A stretch of 64,000 nt of DNA. Origin: a bacterium. Lineage in GTDB: Bacteria > Zixibacteria > MSB-5A5 > GN15 > FEB-12. The first letter of the stretch is position 1. Each line of letters starts with the position of its first letter. The position numbers and the translations under genes are program-made. The stretch covers positions 10,650-74,649 of the forward strand of contig JAUWIB010000105.1 of NCBI GenBank assembly GCA_030605565.1. The letters are read 5' to 3'. Under the pieces are notes generated by a model that saw only the letters and a program-made list of their open reading frames with translations, was not told the DNA's origin and did no database searches. Positions 57,685 to 64,000 of the stretch are shown in pieces.

Positions 57685-59689
57685 GGTTGTACTCCTTCAG
57701 GAAATGCTCGATACCCTTGGCTATCCCTTTGGCCACTTTCTTGCGAAACTTCCCCGTTTGCAGCAAAGCTTCCTGTTCCGGAAGTATCATAAAGGCGCAC
57801 TCAACCAGCACGGCCGGATACTGCGTGGGGCGATTAACGGCGAAGTTGCCGTGGAACAAACCATAGTCGTTCAGACCGGTCGCCTTTAGCAGTTCTCCCT
57901 GAATCGACCGCGCCAGGTCCATCGAATGCAGATGATAATAATATGTGGAACTGCCATTGTTCGCAAAGGGGTTTACGCCATCGGGGAGGGCGTTATTGTG
58001 GATGGAGACGAACAGGTCGGCCTCGTTGACCTTGGCAATGGCCGGGCGGTCGTAGAGGTCCACGTGGCGATCATCGTGACGGGTCATGATAACCTTGGCG
58101 CCTCGTCGCCTTAATTCCTTCTTCAGAGCCAGAGCCAATTCCAAATTGGCCTGCGCCTCAGTGTATCCGGTAGGACCGATGGCGCCCGGATCGCGGGAAT
58201 GACCGGGATCAATCACGATTGTCTTACCCCGAATGCGAGTGACATCGGCTGGAGTTCGATTCAGTTGAAAAACAAGAGTGTTGCCGGCGTAGTAGCTGTC
58301 GTACCCCCAGATATCACTGGTGAGTTGGATCTTAAGTTCATAGAGGCCCGGCTCCGGTTGTGACCAGGTAGCTATATCGATCAGGCTGTCGGGAAAATCG
58401 TAGCGAATCCAATCGGTGTCGGTAGTCACACCGAATAGTTGCACCCGAATAGTGCGGCGGTTGTCCTCGATAACACGAAAGGGATGCTTCCCGGCGAGTG
58501 GGAATTCCACCCGTACGTGATCGGCGGCGGCGTGCGTGCGGATGGACGTCAGGTATGAATGCGGTGGAAGGATACCCCTGGCCAGTGCTTTCACCGACCG
58601 CCGAGCTACCCATCCAAACTGCGTCTGCGAAAGTTGAAGGCGATACCAATCACCCTCGGCCGACACCGCCAAAGCCTCTACCCCCTCCGGTTGAAATATC
58701 GACAGATACCCTTTTCTGGGACCATGCCTGACGATCTGCACCGAATCGGCAAACCTGACCGTGAACGGGTAACTCGGGTTGTTGAAACTCACCCGACAGG
58801 AACTCGGTTTTTCAACCGCGCCGGCCTGCATCCACAACAGGTACCGGTGAAGTTTCAAGGCTGAGACATGCATCAACCATTCGGCTAAGACCGTTTCTCT
58901 CGACGGCGGCGCCAAGTGGTAAAGAATCTGCGCAGTATCGATGCGAGCGGTATCCGACACATCGTAGAAGCCGGTATAGATGCCACGAATCTTCAGCGAA
59001 TCCGGCACGGCGCCAGCGCCAAAGACCGCCTCACCCCAATACGGCTGCAGGCGTGGTGGGGTCTCGGACATCGGCACCGAATCCGCCACGCCCTCGATAG
59101 AAAACCAGGCGCGGCAGTTCGGCGTGCCGCGAAAGGCAACCGCCAACCTGTCCCCCGCGCGCAGTTCCAGACTACCACGCGGTGGTTTGTAGTCACCTGC
59201 GATCACCAGTGTATCAGCATCCACAGTCAACAAGGGTTCAGGAACAAAGACAGTCAACTCTCTCGACAACCGCACCGAGTACGGCGGCAATCGCGGGCTG
59301 AATGGGGATTTAATGCGTGATTGATAATCCCGGTCCTTCTCTTCCAGAAAAGCATCGAGTTGAAACTTGAAGGCGCCGGGCTGAATCGGCAGGAAGGCAA
59401 TGAACCCACCGTCGGGGTGGACGTCCACGGCCTGTTCGTTAATTTGGAGTCGGTAGGACCAGTCGCCACGCTTGGGCGGCACATGACCAAGTATGAAAGT
59501 CGAATCGACAGCCGAGATTCGCTGATCAGGTTTGGGATAGATGACGACGATTTCGTCTTTGACCTCAGCCGCAGAGACATCGAAGGCCAACCATCCCGAC
59601 GCCGACATGCCTGCCAGCATGACAAAGACGGTGAGGCATTTAGTCGCTAATGTACTTCTCGACCACATCGCGCTTAAGTTTCGGGCCAC
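57674..59689 (-). CDS. N-acetylmuramoyl-L-alanine amidase (Amidase_3) with SH3/AMIN-like domains
   Basis: IVIDPGH, EAQANL, FVSIHNNA, AVLVECAF. Confidence 0.92.
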   Translation of the reverse strand: MARNLSAMWSRSTLATKCLTVFVMLAGMSASGWLAFDVSAAEVKDEIVVIYPKPDQRISAVDSTFILGHVPPKRGDWSYRLQINEQAVDVHPDGGFIAFLPIQPGAFKFQLDAFLEEKDRDYQSRIKSPFSPRLPPYSVRLSRELTVFVPEPLLTVDADTLVIAGDYKPPRGSLELRAGDRLAVAFRGTPNCRAWFSIEGVADSVPMSETPPRLQPYWGEAVFGAGAVPDSLKIRGIYTGFYDVSDTARIDTAQILYHLAPPSRETVLAEWLMHVSALKLHRYLLWMQAGAVEKPSSCRVSFNNPSYPFTVRFADSVQIVRHGPRKGYLSIFQPEGVEALAVSAEGDWYRLQLSQTQFGWVARRSVKALARGILPPHSYLTSIRTHAAADHVRVEFPLAGKHPFRVIEDNRRTIRVQLFGVTTDTDWIRYDFPDSLIDIATWSQPEPGLYELKIQLTSDIWGYDSYYAGNTLVFQLNRTPADVTRIRGKTIVIDPGHSRDPGAIGPTGYTEAQANLELALALKKELRRRGAKVIMTRHDDRHVDLYDRPAIAKVNEADLFVSIHNNALPDGVNPFANNGSSTYYYHLHSMDLARSIQGELLKATGLNDYGLFHGNFAVNRPTQYPAVLVECAFMILPEQEALLQTGKFRKKVAKGIAKGIEHFLKEYNHGK

Positions 59690-60671
59690 CGATGATTTCT
59701 CGGTCGACCTGAATCAACTCCTTGTCATAATTAATTCCGCGTGCGATGTCATCCTCCAAAAGGAGGGGGCCGTCGAGGTCGAAGTAATCCGCCAGCGACG
59801 ACATGTATACAGACTGGGCGATGCCCACCGATGACTCGACCATACATCCGAGCATGACTTTCTTGCCGTCGTTACGTGCTCGCTCGGCCATTTGTATCGA
59901 CGGCAGGACACCTCCGGATTTCTCCATTTTTATATTGATGCCGTCGACATGGCCTGAATACTGATCGTAGTCTTCGCGTGAACCCAGACCCTCATCCATG
60001 ATGAGTTCGACCTGTTCAGCCTTCCCTTTCAGATGCGGCCATTCCTTGACAAAGTCCTCACTGGTCGGCTGTTCAATGATTGTCACACCGGCGTTCGCCA
60101 GTTGGTGGATCATCTCTTCGGCTTTGGCACACGACCAGCCGCCATTGGCGTCGACGCGAATTTCCTTGTCTTTGATCCGTCTGAGGGCGTCCAGAAGCAT
60201 GACGTCCTGTTCGTGGCCCATCTTCACCTTGACGATTGGATAGGGCGAGTTCTTGATGTCCTCGATCATTGCCGCCGTATCTGATATCGCGACCGTGAAG
60301 GAGCTTCTTATGCCGACCGGCGTGCTCAGTTTCAGAATTTCCCACGGGTAGCGTCGCGTCTCGCCGGACACATAGTTGAGAACCATACCCATCAGGGCTG
60401 CCCGAGCTGCTGGTTGGATATCGAATCCGTCGATCAGTTGAAGCGTGTCTCCATCGATCTGATCAAGGTTCCGAAGATACTCCAGCCCTTTCTCGATGTC
60501 GGTTTGGATCTCTTCCACCGTCGGTCCATACTTCACCGACGGCGCCGCCTCGCCATGGTACCGATTGTTGAGCACGGTCAATAGATTAGTCTTGACGGTA
60601 ACATCTCCCCCGGTAACAGCGAACTTTTTCTTCAGCGGTATGCTAACCTTGAATGTATCCAGTTCAATCAC
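59640..60671 (-). CDS. L-Ala-D/L-Glu dipeptide epimerase (enolase superfamily)
   Basis: KVKMG, RVDANGGW, EQP, MDE, NIKMEKSGG, GCMVES, DLDG. Confidence 0.9.
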   Translation of the reverse strand: MIELDTFKVSIPLKKKFAVTGGDVTVKTNLLTVLNNRYHGEAAPSVKYGPTVEEIQTDIEKGLEYLRNLDQIDGDTLQLIDGFDIQPAARAALMGMVLNYVSGETRRYPWEILKLSTPVGIRSSFTVAISDTAAMIEDIKNSPYPIVKVKMGHEQDVMLLDALRRIKDKEIRVDANGGWSCAKAEEMIHQLANAGVTIIEQPTSEDFVKEWPHLKGKAEQVELIMDEGLGSREDYDQYSGHVDGINIKMEKSGGVLPSIQMAERARNDGKKVMLGCMVESSVGIAQSVYMSSLADYFDLDGPLLLEDDIARGINYDKELIQVDREIIGGPKLKRDVVEKYISD

Positions 60672-61465
60672 AGAATTCTCCTTGCCTGATTGAAATCGCG
60701 ATCCAGATCAGCACGGTAGGCAGGGTCGTCCTGACTCAGAGCGTTGATCCTCACACCGCCGCCGCCGCGTGAGGCGTGAAGTATTCGTGTCCGCCCGATC
60801 GCCAGTCCGACATGTCTGTCGAAAAACAACAGGTCTCCGGTTCTTGTACTATCCCGGTCCACGTTCCGTCCCATTTTGATCTGTTCCCGGGTGTCTCGCG
60901 GCAGCGTGATCCCGAAGGCGCCGAACAGGGCCTTTATTAACCCGGAGCAATCGAACCCCAGAGGGCTGACACCGCCCCACAAGTACGGCACACCCAGAAA
61001 CCGTCGCGCCTCGGCCAGCAAACGTCCACCCGTCAGCATCTTGCCGGTTGTCTTGTAGATCGGCCTGATATGCGCGCTCTTTACGTATACCTTGGCGCCG
61101 CCGGGCAATTGCAGCGCTGAGAAGCCGTTCTTGTCATTAACAACTCTGACCTGCGTGCCGTACAAAATGAAGTAAGGAGACGTTGGTCGGGCGCTCCGGT
61201 TAGCATACAAAGTGGCCCTTTGTGACTTGATCACGGCGTTCACCTGCGAATTCCATTGGGCAAACTCGACCTTACCGGCCTTGCGTAGAAATCGACAGTC
61301 CACCCAACCATGGTAGCCATCCACCTGGCGAACGTGAGCAAACCCTTTCCTCACCGAAAGGACACGGACCGGCTCGCCGAAAAGCAACTGGCTGGCCAGG
61401 TCGGCGGCATAGTCCGGCCGGCTTCTGAGGTCCAGTAGATTGGTCGATACGACAGCATACGGCAT
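60668..61465 (-). CDS. SH3 plus NlpC/P60 (YkfC-like) gamma-D-glutamyl endopeptidase
   Basis: SQLLFGE, DGYHGWV, PYLWGG....FDCSG, LPRD, GDLLFF..HVG. Confidence 0.9.
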   Translation of the reverse strand: MPYAVVSTNLLDLRSRPDYAADLASQLLFGEPVRVLSVRKGFAHVRQVDGYHGWVDCRFLRKAGKVEFAQWNSQVNAVIKSQRATLYANRSARPTSPYFILYGTQVRVVNDKNGFSALQLPGGAKVYVKSAHIRPIYKTTGKMLTGGRLLAEARRFLGVPYLWGGVSPLGFDCSGLIKALFGAFGITLPRDTREQIKMGRNVDRDSTRTGDLLFFDRHVGLAIGRTRILHASRGGGGVRINALSQDDPAYRADLDRDFNQARRIL

Positions 61466-61514
61466 GTGCTTATGTTAGGAACCCCACTGCTTTCGATCAA
61501 TTAAAAACGGCTAC

Positions 61515-61544
61515 AAAAAAGCGGCCGAGTGTCAACCCGACCGC
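61515..61544 (-). terminator. Intrinsic terminator
   Basis: Minus strand GCGGTCGGGT-TGAC-ACTCGGCCGC-TTTTTT. Confidence 0.75.
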
Positions 61545-61570
61545 GTTGCGTACACAATTCAGAACCTGAG

Positions 61571-62740
61571 TCAGGCTGCCGCCCCCGCCAGAAACTTCTC
61601 AAATCGGGCCAGCGCCTCCTTGATGTTCTCGACGGAATTGGCATACGAGAAACGCAGGTAACCCTCGCCGAAAGACCCAAAGGCAGTCCCGGACAGACCG
61701 GCAACCCCGACTTCATCGAGTAGCCTGGTGGCCAGATCCTTTGATTTGAATCCGGTCCTGGTGATATTCGGGAAAACATAGAAAGCGCCAAGCGGGTTGG
61801 TGCAACTGACACCTTCAATGTTGTTCAGCCCTTCGACGAAGACATCACGCCGCCGCTGGAATTCGGCCACCATTTTCTCGACATCGTCCTGCGGCCCGGT
61901 GAGCGCTTCGATCAGGGCGTACTGTGCAAAGGTATTGGTGCATGAGAAATTGTTGATGGCCAGTTTGGTTTGAATCTCGGCCATTTCCTTCGGCATGATG
62001 CCGTACCCCAAACGCCAACCGGTCATAGAGTAGGCCTTCGACATGCCGTCAATAGCCACCGTGCGTTTCAGCGCGCCCGGAATCGAGCAGATAGACTCGA
62101 ACGGTTTTTCGTATGTGATCCGCGAGTAGATCTCGTCGGTCACAACCCACAGATCGTGCTCTTCGGCCAGTCCATAAATGGCCTCCAAGTCCTCACGAGT
62201 CAGCACCCCACCGGTGGGATTCTGGGGCGAGTTGACCATTATCATCTTCGTCTTTGGTGTGATCAAAGCCTTGAGATCTTCGATTGAGAAGCGGAAGTTG
62301 ACCTCTTCCCTGAGATGCATCGGTACGACCTTAGCGCCACAGTAATTCACCACCGATTCATAAATCGGGTAGCCCGGATTGGGACAAATGACCTCATCTC
62401 CCTCATTAGCCAAGGCGAATATCGCGTTGAAAATCAGAGGCTTGACCCCCGGCATAATCACTACGTTCTCGACGGCGACATTCACACCGCGAGTCCGGGA
62501 AAAATTCTCAGCCACTACTTTGCGAGCCTCCGGCACACCGGCCGACGGACAGTAATGAGTCTTACCGTCATCGATAGCCTTCTTGGCGACTTCGCAGATG
62601 TTCTTGGGCGTATCGAAATCCGGCTCCCCTATTTCGAGATGGATAACCGATTTCCCTTGTGCCTCCAGTTGCCTGGCGTGAGCCAGCACTTCAAAGGCGC
62701 CTTCTGTTCCCAGACGGGAGAGTCTGTCGGCGAATTGCAT
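61571..62740 (-). CDS. Class I/II PLP-dependent (aspartate) aminotransferase
   Basis: IGEPDF, NSPQNPTG, DEIY, SKAYSMTGWRLG, GAFYVFP. Confidence 0.93.
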   Translation of the reverse strand: MQFADRLSRLGTEGAFEVLAHARQLEAQGKSVIHLEIGEPDFDTPKNICEVAKKAIDDGKTHYCPSAGVPEARKVVAENFSRTRGVNVAVENVVIMPGVKPLIFNAIFALANEGDEVICPNPGYPIYESVVNYCGAKVVPMHLREEVNFRFSIEDLKALITPKTKMIMVNSPQNPTGGVLTREDLEAIYGLAEEHDLWVVTDEIYSRITYEKPFESICSIPGALKRTVAIDGMSKAYSMTGWRLGYGIMPKEMAEIQTKLAINNFSCTNTFAQYALIEALTGPQDDVEKMVAEFQRRRDVFVEGLNNIEGVSCTNPLGAFYVFPNITRTGFKSKDLATRLLDEVGVAGLSGTAFGSFGEGYLRFSYANSVENIKEALARFEKFLAGAAA

Positions 62741-62756
62741 GACGCTACCTTCTTTC

Positions 62757-64000
62757 TTAGAGTCCAAGGAGTTTCTTTGCTTCGGCTGCGATATACTCGG
62801 CGGCCAGACCGAATTCCTTTATGAGCTGCCACGACTGGCCGGACTCACCGAAACGATCCTGAACACCGATCATGCCAAACGGCTTGCCTTTGGAATCGTT
62901 GGCGCCGTCACGACAAATAACGGCAGCCACGAGATTGCCCAGACCGCCTACCTGATGCTCTTCAGCCGTCAGGATGGCTTTGGTCTCGGCCACAGCGCGG
63001 ACGATCGCTTGTTTATCGATCGGCTTGACCGTGTGCATATTGATAACACGTGTTTCGATGCCGAAATCGCTTTTCAGGATCCAGGCCGCTCGCAGCGCCT
63101 CCGGTGTTTCCGGGCCGCAGGAAATTATCGCCAGAGTCTCATTTTCGTTCTTGTATTCGGACGCCAGCGTTACATCGAACGCATCCACCATGTTCTCGGC
63201 TTCACGTCGCAGTCTGAAAACATTGGCTTCGCCGAATTTGAACGGAGTGCTTTCTTTTGTGATGATCGGCGTGGCCTCGCGGGCGAACCGGATATATTTG
63301 GGGCCGACGATATCGAACAACAACGTCTTTGTCATTTTCTCAGTCTCCACCGAGTCACACGGCACGGCCACGCGCATGTTCGGCAGTCCGGTCATTTGAA
63401 ACAAGCTCTCCAACTCCTGGTGAGTGGCGCCGTCCGGACCGACCGAAACACCGCCGTGAGCGCCGACGACAAAGACGTTGAAGTCACCGTAACAGACCGA
63501 CACCCGCAACTGATCGAGATTGCGCGCCGACGAAAACACACCGTAGGTTCCGAAGACCGGCAGCTTGCCCTCCTTGGCCAGGCCAACTGCTACCGTGGTG
63601 CAGTTTTGCTCGGCCACACCGAGCGATATCCAGCGATCCATGCGTTCCGGATGCTTCTCGTAGAACTGAGAAATCGTGATCGATCCCGATATATCGGCCC
63701 CGATACAAACCACCCGTTCGTCGTCACCATACTTATCAAGCGCGCGTCCGAATCCTTTGCGCGTCGGATCCATCTCAACCTTCATCTGATCGGTATTGTT
63801 CCACCAGAAATCCTTTGAGAACTTCGGCAGGTTATCGGCCAGCCGCGCCTCAATCTTTTTTTGAAACGCCACGCCATACCCCAGCCACTCGTCGACATCG
63901 AATGTCTCGGTCAGACCCAACTCGACCAGGCTCTTGTCGAGCTCTTCGCGGTTCGGCGGTTTGCCATGCCACCCGGCGACGTCCTCCATAAACGAGACAC
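62757..64000 (-). CDS. tkt: Transketolase (fused N- and C-terminal domains); 5' end outside the window
   Basis: WHGK end of the TPP domain, GVAEQN, GPDGATHQ, EEHQ..GGLG, DRFGESG. Confidence 0.88.
   Translation of the reverse strand, partial: VSFMEDVAGWHGKPPNREELDKSLVELGLTETFDVDEWLGYGVAFQKKIEARLADNLPKFSKDFWWNNTDQMKVEMDPTRKGFGRALDKYGDDERVVCIGADISGSITISQFYEKHPERMDRWISLGVAEQNCTTVAVGLAKEGKLPVFGTYGVFSSARNLDQLRVSVCYGDFNVFVVGAHGGVSVGPDGATHQELESLFQMTGLPNMRVAVPCDSVETEKMTKTLLFDIVGPKYIRFAREATPIITKESTPFKFGEANVFRLRREAENMVDAFDVTLASEYKNENETLAIISCGPETPEALRAAWILKSDFGIETRVINMHTVKPIDKQAIVRAVAETKAILTAEEHQVGGLGNLVAAVICRDGANDSKGKPFGMIGVQDRFGESGQSWQLIKEFGLAAEYIAAEAKKLLGL

Noticed and set aside
62739..63818. 359-aa plus-strand ORF
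   Set aside because: Antisense to transketolase

Overview
A gene-dense, mostly minus-strand stretch of a diderm bacterial chromosome. Secreted proteases with C-terminal dockerin-like and FlgD-Ig/T9SS-type domains suggest candidate Zixibacteria or a related FCB lineage (inference). In order, the window holds: two secreted metalloproteases; an Omp85-family gene divergent from a compact MSHA/T2SS-like type IV filament operon (MshEN-type ATPase, platform protein, two pilins, PilM-PilN fusion, PilO, PilP-like protein, secretin); a rhodanese/MauE pair; a stand-alone sigma-region-4-like HTH gene followed by a structured non-coding region; a seven-gene glycosylation operon with two GT-C transferases; an FMN riboswitch with ribD-ribE-ribBA-ribH-nusB; three GAF proteins (His-less pseudokinase, His-containing but CA-degenerate protein, intact hybrid kinase); rnhC; efp; an IS remnant; a PAS kinase; pilD; the CIRCE-hrcA-grpE-dnaK-dnaJ-prmA-rsmE operon; nested REP/MITE elements; a sigma54 activator with its probable target operon; tRNA-Arg(CCG) with a 1.6-kb islet; an exosortase pair; peptidoglycan-recycling genes; an aminotransferase; and a transketolase. 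The best candidates for new biology are the CckA/ChpT/DivL-like GAF trio, a possible sigma28 regulon linking it to the pilus genes, three structured intergenic RNA candidates, and 172-173 bp MITEs that carry REP doublets. All assignments come from reading motifs by eye; no database search or folding program was run.
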